Source: Candidatus Gottesmanbacteria bacterium RIFCSPLOWO2_01_FULL_42_22
Lineage (GTDB): Bacteria > Patescibacteriota > Microgenomatia > 2-02-FULL-39-11
Reading direction: 5' to 3'
Assembly: GCA_001779315.1 (NCBI GenBank)
Contig: MFJU01000004.1
Coordinates: 6,753-70,752 of the forward strand
Length of the DNA stretch: 64,000 nt
Part shown: positions 56,097-64,000 of the stretch, piece after piece
Numbering within the stretch: the stretch's first letter is position 1
How the letters are laid out: each line of letters begins with the position of its first letter
Position numbers and translations under genes: made by a program
The notes under the pieces: model-generated
Seen by the model: only the letters and a program-made list of their open reading frames with translations
Databases searched by the model: none
Told to the model about the DNA's origin: nothing

Positions 56097-58493
56097 ATGC
56101 TTTGCTGGATATATGATATGTTTTCACATAAAAAAAAGCGCCATCTTAAAAAAGTAAAACAAAAAGCCAAAAAACAAATTTCTGCCCGTCAGAAAAACCC
56201 GGCAGCAATTGCTCTGAAAAAGAAAAAGGGCCACATCGTTTTTGATACACCGGTCATGGGCTTGGCTGCATATTTTAAAAAAACGGCTAAAAAATCAAGA
56301 CAGCCCGTCCCGGCAGGCAGAAAAAGTAAAAAAAGAAAAAAAAGAATTAAGAAGACCTCCAAAAAATTATTTATCCGTCCGATAATCCTGGTTCTGTTAG
56401 CCATAGCTTCGTCTTCCTCTGTGGCTTTTTATTTTCTGGTTTTAAAGGATTTACCGGACCCACACTCGCTCGTTCTGGACAAACCGCCTATGACGACCAT
56501 TATCCGCGACAGAAATGGCCGTGTTTTATACCGCGTCTACAACAATGCCAACCGCGTCCAGCTGTCCTGGGAGGAAATTCCGGATGTGGTTAAAAATTCA
56601 ACCATTGCTATTGAAGATTCAGGCTTTTATAAACACTTCGGCATTTCCATTAAAGCCATTGCCAGAGCCCTTATCAATAACCTCAAGGAAGAAGACATCA
56701 CTTTCTACCAGGGAGGCTCAACCATTACCCAGCAGCTTGTCAAAAACCGTTTTTTTTCTCCTGTCAAATCATATGAGCGGAAAGTCAAAGAGATTATTCT
56801 CTCTGTCTGGACAGAATATATTTTCACTAAAGAAGAAATCCTGACCATGTATTTGAACACAGTCGGCTATGGCGGACCGGCTTACGGCATTGAAGCCGCC
56901 TCCCAAATGTATTTTGGCGTTTCAGCTGACAATCTGACATTATCCCAGGCAGCCTTTCTGGCAGGCCTTCCGGCTGCTCCGACTACTTTCTCCCCTTTCG
57001 GTTCCCGTCCGGAAATATCCCGGCTGCGCCAGGCGGCTGTCCTGGAAAAAATGCTTAAATTGGAAATGATAAGTGAAGATAAGTATCTTCAGGCAGTCAA
57101 TGAAGACCTAAGCTTTATCCCGCAAAAAATTGATATTCAGGCTCCTCATTTTGTCATGTACATTAAAAAAGAATTGACCGATAAATTGGGTGAGAAAGTT
57201 GTCGAGGAAGGCGGTCTGGACGTGACGACGACCCTGGATCTTGATGTACAAACAGAAGCTGAAGAGATCGTCCGCCATAATCTGGCCGAACTTGGGGTAC
57301 GTTACAACATTAATAATGCCGCCACCCTGGTGACAGAGCCTGCCACAGGCGAAATTTTGGCTATGGTCGGTTCGGTCGAATATTTCGATACGGAAAATGA
57401 CGGCTATTACAATGCGGCCATCGCTCCCAGACAACCCGGTTCTTCCATCAAGCCGGTTAATTACAGCTTTGCTTTTGACCATGGTTATACTCCGACAAGT
57501 GTCATTTTGGATGCTCCGGTAGTTTACAAAACTCCCGGTTCCCGCGAATCTTATGCGCCTGTCAATTATGACGGCAAATTCCACGGCAATGTCACCTTAA
57601 GAACAGCCTTGGCCAGTTCCTACAATGTTCCGGCTGTGAAACTGTTGGAAAAGATCGGTGTCGACAATATGGTCAAAACCGGAATAGCCATGGGTATCAA
57701 AAGCTGGGAAAATATTCCTCCTATCGGCCTGTCTCTCACCCTGGGAGGTGCGGAGGTGACCATGCTCGATATGGCCAGGGCATACGGCACTATCGCCAAT
57801 TTAGGAGTGAAAAAGGAATTAAGATCTGTTTTAGCTATCACAGACAGCAATGATATTGATATTACCGAGGAGTTTTACCGGGACAGAAATCTGGCTTTTG
57901 TGGGCAGCGCCCAGGCTTCAGGCGGTATGGATGAGGTTCCCGAAGGTACCCAAGTCATTTCTCCCCTGTCTGCCTATTGGCTGATTGATATTTTGTCTGA
58001 CAATAAAGCCAGGATGCCTGCATTCGGCAGTTACGCCCGTTTATCTGTCCCCAATCACAAAATTGCCGTCAAGACAGGCACCAGCAACAGTTTCCGCGAC
58101 AACTGGACCATCGGTTTTTCACCCGAATATCTGGTCGCTGCCTGGGTCGGCAACAACGACGGTTCCTTCATGAACAAAAACCTGGTTTCAGGTATAACCG
58201 GAGCCGCTCCCATCTGGCACGACACCATGAGTTATCTTTTGGAAGGCCACGAGCCAAAAGAATTCCCCAAACCGGAGGGCCTGGTTCCCGTCAAAGTCTG
58301 TGCTGTCAATGGCCTTCTGACCTGCCCCAACTGTCCGGAGGAAAAAATTGAGTATTTTACCGTTGATAAAGTGCCGACCAAACAGTGCTTTTTCAGGCCT
58401 GCCTCCGAATGTGATGAGGCCAAAAAACAGGCTGAAGGCAAATCGGAAGAAGAGCGGAAAAGCCTCCTCTCTGCCTGCCCCTGGATAAATTGA
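56097..58493 (+). CDS. Class A penicillin-binding protein (transglycosylase/transpeptidase, PBP1A family)
   Basis: IAIEDSGFYKHFG, GGSTITQQLVKN, RKVKE, YLN; QPGSSIKP (SxxK), SYN, KTGT. Confidence 0.95.
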   Translation: MLCWIYDMFSHKKKRHLKKVKQKAKKQISARQKNPAAIALKKKKGHIVFDTPVMGLAAYFKKTAKKSRQPVPAGRKSKKRKKRIKKTSKKLFIRPIILVLLAIASSSSVAFYFLVLKDLPDPHSLVLDKPPMTTIIRDRNGRVLYRVYNNANRVQLSWEEIPDVVKNSTIAIEDSGFYKHFGISIKAIARALINNLKEEDITFYQGGSTITQQLVKNRFFSPVKSYERKVKEIILSVWTEYIFTKEEILTMYLNTVGYGGPAYGIEAASQMYFGVSADNLTLSQAAFLAGLPAAPTTFSPFGSRPEISRLRQAAVLEKMLKLEMISEDKYLQAVNEDLSFIPQKIDIQAPHFVMYIKKELTDKLGEKVVEEGGLDVTTTLDLDVQTEAEEIVRHNLAELGVRYNINNAATLVTEPATGEILAMVGSVEYFDTENDGYYNAAIAPRQPGSSIKPVNYSFAFDHGYTPTSVILDAPVVYKTPGSRESYAPVNYDGKFHGNVTLRTALASSYNVPAVKLLEKIGVDNMVKTGIAMGIKSWENIPPIGLSLTLGGAEVTMLDMARAYGTIANLGVKKELRSVLAITDSNDIDITEEFYRDRNLAFVGSAQASGGMDEVPEGTQVISPLSAYWLIDILSDNKARMPAFGSYARLSVPNHKIAVKTGTSNSFRDNWTIGFSPEYLVAAWVGNNDGSFMNKNLVSGITGAAPIWHDTMSYLLEGHEPKEFPKPEGLVPVKVCAVNGLLTCPNCPEEKIEYFTVDKVPTKQCFFRPASECDEAKKQAEGKSEEERKSLLSACPWIN

Positions 58494-58520
58494 TGCAAGC
58501 CTATACCTCTCCTTTAATAA

Positions 58521-58567
58521 TTGACAGATTCTGTTTGATAGTTTATAATCTTAAAAGTTAGAAAGTT
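58521..58567 (+). promoter_or_regulatory. Consensus sigma70 promoter and probable antitoxin operator
   Basis: TTGACA-17-TATAAT (58521-58549), followed by AAAGTTA direct repeats. Confidence 0.7.
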
Positions 58568-58581
58568 AAACTTTATCTATT

Positions 58582-58860
58582 ATGAATCAATCGTCTGATA
58601 CTCAACAGGAATGGCTAAGAGTCTTAGGCAAAGGCATGGTTACCCTGCCTAAAAAATGGCGTGATGATTTGGGAATTGACACAGGAGACGTCGTTAAAGC
58701 CAAGAAAGAAGGCAACAAAGTTATTATCGAAGCCGGACAAACCGGCCATGTCCCCTATCGCATTTATACCAAAGCTGAAATTGAAGAATTTATCAAAGAG
58801 GACAAGCTTGAAAGTGAATTGGTGGAAAAAGTCAAGCAAAAACTCTCTAAATCGGATTAA
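58582..58860 (+). CDS. AbrB/MazE/SpoVT-family antitoxin
   Basis: KGMVTLPKKWRDDLGIDTGD. Confidence 0.9.
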   Translation: MNQSSDTQQEWLRVLGKGMVTLPKKWRDDLGIDTGDVVKAKKEGNKVIIEAGQTGHVPYRIYTKAEIEEFIKEDKLESELVEKVKQKLSKSD

Positions 58861-58865
58861 CCTCC

Positions 58866-59291
58866 ATGAAGGTCTATTTTGATGCATCCGTCATAGTTGC
58901 CTCACTTCTCTCTGCGTCCGGCGGTTCTTCCCTTCTTTTTAAATTCATTAAGAAAGGAATGATTTCAGGTTTTACTTCACAAACTGTCCTTCAGGAAATC
59001 TTGGAAGAAAAAAAGTATTTCAAGTTTAGAAAATCTAAAAAAGAAATCGAGGATTTTATTGCTCAATCAGGCCTGGTGGTACGGGAAAAAATCTCCGAAG
59101 ATGAAATCAGGCAGTATGAGGGTAAAATCGACAAGGAAGATGCCCATCTGATAGCCGGAGCAGTCCAGACGAAATGTCAGTATTTAGTTTCCTTAGATAA
59201 AAAACACGTTCTAAAAGAAGAAGTTAGAAAAAAGTTTCCACACTTAAAAATTCTCTCCCCCAAAGAATTGCTGCAGGCAATTGTAAAATAA
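58866..59291 (+). CDS. PIN-domain toxin
   Basis: VYFDASVIVA, VLQE, EDAHLIAGA, LVSLDKKH, ILSPKE. Confidence 0.9.
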   Translation: MKVYFDASVIVASLLSASGGSSLLFKFIKKGMISGFTSQTVLQEILEEKKYFKFRKSKKEIEDFIAQSGLVVREKISEDEIRQYEGKIDKEDAHLIAGAVQTKCQYLVSLDKKHVLKEEVRKKFPHLKILSPKELLQAIVK

Positions 59292-59444
59292 ATTCATCAT
59301 TAAGAACGTAACGCACAGCCTGCTCAGTTTCAGGTAAATCCCTGCCTTTGCCTGACAGTTTGTGAAAGGTCTCTCATCAACCTGAAAACCGCTTCTTTTG
59401 TAGTTCTTTGACGATTTCTTATATAATACCGGTATTTTATATAT

Positions 59445-60716
59445 ATGGGTGAACTATTCGAACATATTCCACCGGAGTATGCCCTGGCAATCCCGCCAGC
59501 CAGTGCTGCCTATCATCCCGACCTGACATCAGCCTTCCAAGCTCGCTTTGGTGATAGACTTCTTAGAACAGAGTTTGCTACCTTCAGTAATGATATGCCT
59601 TTACATTTGGTGGGAGAAGCGGGAAAAATACTGTTAGTTTCCACCTTCAACGGAGACAATTGGCGAGAGGCTAGTGTTGAAATAGCCTATTTCGGCAATG
59701 CTTTAACCGATAATCCCGACGAAGCCGGACCAAACACCCGGGAATTGGGCATTTTCTTTCCTTTTGCCGATTTAAGGCAAGATGCAAGAACCCGGAAACC
59801 GATAAAAGATTCCGTTGGGAGAGCAATTGTCAAAGCACAGGGAGTTACAGACAGAGCACTGGCAAAAATTATCAGACATGTTGCCGGAGCTCATTTTGTC
59901 TGCTTTGTGGATATGCATAATCCCTGGAAATCGGCTAAAGCTTTCACTGAACAGGATCTGGATGTGATAAATTTATCGACCAACAAAATATTGACAGAAT
60001 ATTTGGTCGCCAATGAACTTCTTTCATCCAATTTAGAGACAACTGTCGTCTCCACTGATATGGGCATCTATTTAACGGCCTATGACTTATCAGGCAAAAT
60101 TGGTAAGGCAATGAATGCTGACAAGGAACCTGTGCCCATGGTTATTTTCAAAAAAACCAGAGTTGGGACTGACGTAATTCCGGAGCATATTTATGGTGAT
60201 TTAAAAGGAAAGAGAGCCATTGTTATAGACGACATCATTGGCAGCGGCACAACATTAGAAGAAACTATCGAGGCAATCTTAAAATATGACCCGGCAGAAT
60301 TACTCATCTTCATTCCCCACCCGGTTTACGCCCCCAAGGGATATTATGAAAAATTAGAAAATATTCTTAAAATCGATAAAGTGAAATTGTTAATGGTCGC
60401 CGATACTTTACCACTGGTAAGACAAGGAATTAGTTATCCCCATCCCTATTTGAAATTTGATGGTGGGAAAAAAGTGGAAGTTCTTAAAATTCACGACTGG
60501 ATTGCTGAAAAAGCCCATACTATTCTGACAGCCAGAAATATTGAAGAAGCTATAAAAATTTTGGCAGAAGAAATAGTTGAACTTGAGGATCCATATCAAT
60601 TAATAACCGAAATGACCGCTATAACGGTTACACCAGAACCAAATGTCGCCGTTTATTACGAAGGTCAGAAATATGTTCCCATTCCTATGTATAGGGAAAT
60701 ATTTAGAAGCCCTTGA
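59445..60716 (+). CDS. Divergent ribose-phosphate pyrophosphokinase (PRPP synthetase)-like protein
   Basis: FPFADLRQD, VDMH, VVSTDMG, KKTR, GDLKGKRAIVIDDIIGSGTTL (PRT motif), IPHPV. Confidence 0.7.
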   Translation: MGELFEHIPPEYALAIPPASAAYHPDLTSAFQARFGDRLLRTEFATFSNDMPLHLVGEAGKILLVSTFNGDNWREASVEIAYFGNALTDNPDEAGPNTRELGIFFPFADLRQDARTRKPIKDSVGRAIVKAQGVTDRALAKIIRHVAGAHFVCFVDMHNPWKSAKAFTEQDLDVINLSTNKILTEYLVANELLSSNLETTVVSTDMGIYLTAYDLSGKIGKAMNADKEPVPMVIFKKTRVGTDVIPEHIYGDLKGKRAIVIDDIIGSGTTLEETIEAILKYDPAELLIFIPHPVYAPKGYYEKLENILKIDKVKLLMVADTLPLVRQGISYPHPYLKFDGGKKVEVLKIHDWIAEKAHTILTARNIEEAIKILAEEIVELEDPYQLITEMTAITVTPEPNVAVYYEGQKYVPIPMYREIFRSP

Positions 60717-60772
60717 TCTTAATAAAAATCCTATCGTCTGAACATATCTTACTTCTTCGGCTCTCCCGTCTT

Positions 60773-62002
60773 TCAGAGATAAAACCAGGGAATAGCTGTG
60801 ATGTTGTCGCTTACTCTTTCCGGTTTTTCTCCCATAGTGATGACATATCCGTGCGATGCTAATTTACGGTAATCATTGAGGAATATTTTCAGGCCTTTAA
60901 TTTCCGATGCGCTTATATACTTTGAGCTTTTTATTTCTATAGGGATCACAGATGATCCCCTGTCGATGATGCAGTCGACTTCAGCTCCGCCGGCAGTGCG
61001 CCAGAAACAGACTTTATAGTTTTTATTCAATACTTTTATTCTCCTGATAATTTCCAGTATGACCGCATGTTCAAACAGGACTCCCTTCTGGGCATGGATG
61101 GTGTTTTTCTCCAAGGGTATTTTGGCCAGGGAATTACGGACTCCCAGATCAAAAAAATAATAGCGTGACATCGAGAGTATTCTTTTTCTCGCATTTTTAA
61201 GATAGGGATCAACTCTTTCTGCAATCAGCGTATCTTCCAGGATACGGTAAAATTCTTTAACAGCCGGCTGGCTTACGCCTGATTCATTTGAAAGTTTGCT
61301 GAAATTCGGACTTGTTCCTGATTCTCTTGCTGCCAATTCCAGAAATCTGGAGAAAGCTCCGATTTTCCTGGAAATGGCTTCCGCTCTTATTTCTTCTTCG
61401 ATGTAAATTTCCGCGTAAGACTTTATGATATCGCGCTTATCCTCATCAGACAGGCTGATTATTAGCGGTAATGAACCGAAAATTAATGAGTCTTCAAAAG
61501 TGTAACCGGTTTTCCGGTTAATATTTTTCAGAGTTAAATCTCCCAGGGAGCTTTTTTTTATCCATCCCAGTTCACCCCATAATAAAGGATCTAAATGGAA
61601 TCTTTTGATCCTGCCCGGCAACAGATTAACCTTGCTCCTTTTAAGCTTTCTGGCACTGGATCCGGTAAATATAAACTGGGCGCTACCTTCGTCTATCAGA
61701 AACTGGGCAGAGTCAAAAATCTCCGGGACTTTTTGAGCTTCATCTACAAAAACGAGCGGTTTTATCCTGCTTGCCTTTACCTGCCTGATTATTGCGGAGG
61801 GGTCAACTTCCGTCTCCAGTCTGACTTTCGGATTCTGCAGGAAAATTTCAATCTTATTATCAAACTTTTCCAGCAAATCCCGAACTAAAGTCGTCTTTCC
61901 TACCTGACGGGGTCCCAGGATAAGTCCGGAAAATTTTTTCGTCAGAAGCTGTCTGATTTTTGGTTCTAAGTATCTTAATAAGTGTTTATTTTTACCTGGC
62001 AT
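60773..62002 (-). CDS. AAA-family ATPase with DUF4143 domain
   Basis: GPRQVGKTT, FVDEAQK, TGSS, YFFDLG, FWRTAGGAEVD, IEIKS. Confidence 0.92.
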   Translation of the reverse strand: MPGKNKHLLRYLEPKIRQLLTKKFSGLILGPRQVGKTTLVRDLLEKFDNKIEIFLQNPKVRLETEVDPSAIIRQVKASRIKPLVFVDEAQKVPEIFDSAQFLIDEGSAQFIFTGSSARKLKRSKVNLLPGRIKRFHLDPLLWGELGWIKKSSLGDLTLKNINRKTGYTFEDSLIFGSLPLIISLSDEDKRDIIKSYAEIYIEEEIRAEAISRKIGAFSRFLELAARESGTSPNFSKLSNESGVSQPAVKEFYRILEDTLIAERVDPYLKNARKRILSMSRYYFFDLGVRNSLAKIPLEKNTIHAQKGVLFEHAVILEIIRRIKVLNKNYKVCFWRTAGGAEVDCIIDRGSSVIPIEIKSSKYISASEIKGLKIFLNDYRKLASHGYVITMGEKPERVSDNITAIPWFYL

Positions 62003-62163
62003 AAATAAACTATACTTTATATTTAAGTAATTGTCAATTACGGAAGACAGCTGTTTGAAACCTTGACAATTATCCTATAGTCTGGTAGCATTCCACTTCT
62101 TCAGTTATCTCCCCAGCTTTTTTCCTAGAAATTTCTGAATGATTCTCATATTTAGAAATTTTT

Positions 62164-62751
62164 ATGAAAAAGCATTTAGTCTTACTTTCCATACCGGCCA
62201 GGCTGATTCTCCAGGCTTTCTTGATAGGCCATCTTTTCGCCGGTCAGATTGAGGCCGGTTCTGAAGCCGGTCTTAAAATCGTGCCTACTCCTTCGCCCCA
62301 GTTTGTATCCGCTGAAGCTCAAGCTGAACTTGAGAAATTTTCTTCCGACGGCCGTTCCTGGACCAAATTCAAATATAAGAAACAAATAGCTAAAACAGCC
62401 TCAAAATATAACTTAGACCCTCAACTCATCTACGCCACCATCATGACCGAATCTGAAGGTAACGAGTTTGCCTATCGTTTTGAACTATCCCTCAATGAGG
62501 CTAGCTACTGCATGGGACAGATATTGGAAAGCACAGCCAGGTCCTTGGGTTTCAACGGAAAATCCGTTCAATTATTTGAGCCTGGGACCTGTATTGACCT
62601 TATCGGAAAGTATCATCAGAGGATGATAGAGGCTTACGGCCGGCTTTCCAGCTACCAGCTCGCCCGTGCCTACAATTCCGGATCACCCTGGAAAAGACCT
62701 GTCTGGGGCCACCTCTCCCGCTTCAAAAGATGGTATTACGAAGAAGGTTAA
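62164..62751 (+). CDS. Lytic transglycosylase (SLT domain)
   Basis: LIYATIMTESEG, CMGQI, ARAYNSG. Confidence 0.88.
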   Translation: MKKHLVLLSIPARLILQAFLIGHLFAGQIEAGSEAGLKIVPTPSPQFVSAEAQAELEKFSSDGRSWTKFKYKKQIAKTASKYNLDPQLIYATIMTESEGNEFAYRFELSLNEASYCMGQILESTARSLGFNGKSVQLFEPGTCIDLIGKYHQRMIEAYGRLSSYQLARAYNSGSPWKRPVWGHLSRFKRWYYEEG

Positions 62752-63029
62752 TCCTGTATATTCTGTGGATTAGTCAAAATTTCATCTGCTTGCATATTTA
62801 AATTCCTTTGAGAGTCAATTGGTTTAGTAGGCTCTCCTTGTCCAGCTAATTCTTCAAATGTATGAACAACAGGATTGTTTCCACCATTTCTAGAATTTAA
62901 AGGATTTATTCGTGATATATCAAGTAAGTTTTCTAGCTGTTCTGCTCCACCCCTATAACTCCTATTTGGATCAAGACGTAACGGATTTAATTTACCTAAA
63001 CACCTTAATCCTCTTTCAAAAAAATTCAT
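62748..63029 (-). CDS. Hypothetical protein
   Basis: Likely start MNFFERGL at 63029; fills the gap between convergent genes. Confidence 0.45.
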   Translation of the reverse strand: MNFFERGLRCLGKLNPLRLDPNRSYRGGAEQLENLLDISRINPLNSRNGGNNPVVHTFEELAGQGEPTKPIDSQRNLNMQADEILTNPQNIQD

Positions 63030-63054
63030 ACTTATATAATTTACTATCAGATAT

Positions 63055-63957
63055 CTATTTATTAATACTCCAGGCCATGCCGTCTGAAATGACTTCGATT
63101 TCACCATGTTGGTCGGTTCTGGCGATTTGCGACTTGACCGACTCAATTTGCGCCAGGGCTTCCTTGGTCGGGTGGCTCCAGGGATTCTTGCCGACCGAGA
63201 TGACCGTCAGTTCAGGCTTCAATTTTTCCAAAAATTCCCAAGTTATGCCTGTTTTAGATCCGTGGTGCGGGAATTTAAGTATTTCTATGTCAGGCAAATG
63301 GGCTGTTGCGACAATCTCCGGTTGTATTTTACTATCCCCGTCCCCTGTCAGTAAAGTATCAAACCGGCCGTAATTCAAATATAAAACCATCGAAAAACTG
63401 TTTAAATCAGTGCCTTCCGTTGATAGACCCAAAACATTACTGTTGTTGCCTGCTAATAAAATATTATTACCTAATTTTTCGCTTGTCCACTCCCTATCCG
63501 GCCACAAGACGTTAAATTTCACCTCACCCATCGAAAAATTATCACCCTGGTAGAGATTTTTTAGCGGAATGCCTTTATCCTCGATTTTCTTTTTTAGCTC
63601 CGAAAATCCCTGGCTGGTATTGCCGACGGGGACAGATACAAAATATTTAATACTATATCGGTCTATAACAGACAATAAACCCTGGAGGTGGTCTTTCTGC
63701 GGGTGGGTCAGGACAACCATATCAATTGTCCGGTCATAAAAAGGCATATTGTCACCCAGACATTCCAGCACCCGCTCGTTTGGACCCCCGTCGATTAAAA
63801 GATCCAGGTTTTGGGGTGTTTTAATAAAGATGGCATCTCCCTGCCCCACATCGCAAAAAATTAAATGCAGCTTGCCGTCAGGTTGGGAAAAAATATAAAC
63901 TGCAAGCAGAATTAAGCCGAAGAATGCACCTGTCAGGAATCCTTTTTTGGCAGCCAC
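63055..63957 (-). CDS. ComEC/Rec2-like MBL-fold metallohydrolase (stand-alone C-terminal domain)
   Basis: CDVGQGDA, LIDGG, THPQKDH, LTGD, PHHGS, SVGKNPWSHP, RTDQHG. Confidence 0.9.
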   Translation of the reverse strand: MAAKKGFLTGAFFGLILLAVYIFSQPDGKLHLIFCDVGQGDAIFIKTPQNLDLLIDGGPNERVLECLGDNMPFYDRTIDMVVLTHPQKDHLQGLLSVIDRYSIKYFVSVPVGNTSQGFSELKKKIEDKGIPLKNLYQGDNFSMGEVKFNVLWPDREWTSEKLGNNILLAGNNSNVLGLSTEGTDLNSFSMVLYLNYGRFDTLLTGDGDSKIQPEIVATAHLPDIEILKFPHHGSKTGITWEFLEKLKPELTVISVGKNPWSHPTKEALAQIESVKSQIARTDQHGEIEVISDGMAWSINK

Positions 63958-64000
63958 AAATCCAGTATAGCCTAGAATTCAAAAGAAGCCCCGGGAATCC

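Noticed and set aside
59328-59387. TTTCAGGT/ACCTGAAA inverted repeat as a structured RNA (hammerhead or SRP)
   Set aside because: Only 8 bp of pairing; the CUGAUGA/GAAA core and the SRP domain IV motif are not properly formed.

Overview
Chromosomal window from a gene-dense, low-GC bacterium. Gene content (class F and E/D-like sortases, PEGA protein beside mreB, Pro/Thr-rich exported proteins, many leaderless genes) suggests Patescibacteria/CPR, probably Microgenomates; this taxonomy is an inference. It holds housekeeping genes (glgA, three GT4s, WecB/TagA, mreB, ndk, maf, M16 peptidase, class A PBP, ComEC-like), tRNA-Arg(CCT), tRNA-Pro(CGG), a four-gene Mg2+/divalent-cation transport cluster, five toxin-antitoxin pairs and two clusters of exported proteins. 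The highlight is an arginine operon on the minus strand (argH-argG-NYN-argS). Its ArgRS carries an N-terminal B3/4 editing-type domain, a candidate cis-acting canavanyl-tRNA deacylase. The operon is preceded by a T-box riboswitch with an ultrashort Stem I, an Arg (CGA) specifier and a downstream hairpin that buries the argH ribosome-binding site. A second candidate system is four exported proteins (two peptidoglycan-hydrolase-like, two Cys-rich Ig-like) sharing a K/N-S-[IL]-[KQ]-[LF]-G-[TS]-F motif. A cohesin-like/dockerin gene of at least 737 codons at <1..2213 (minus strand) is missing from the ORF track. All assignments come from motif recognition by eye; no searches were run.
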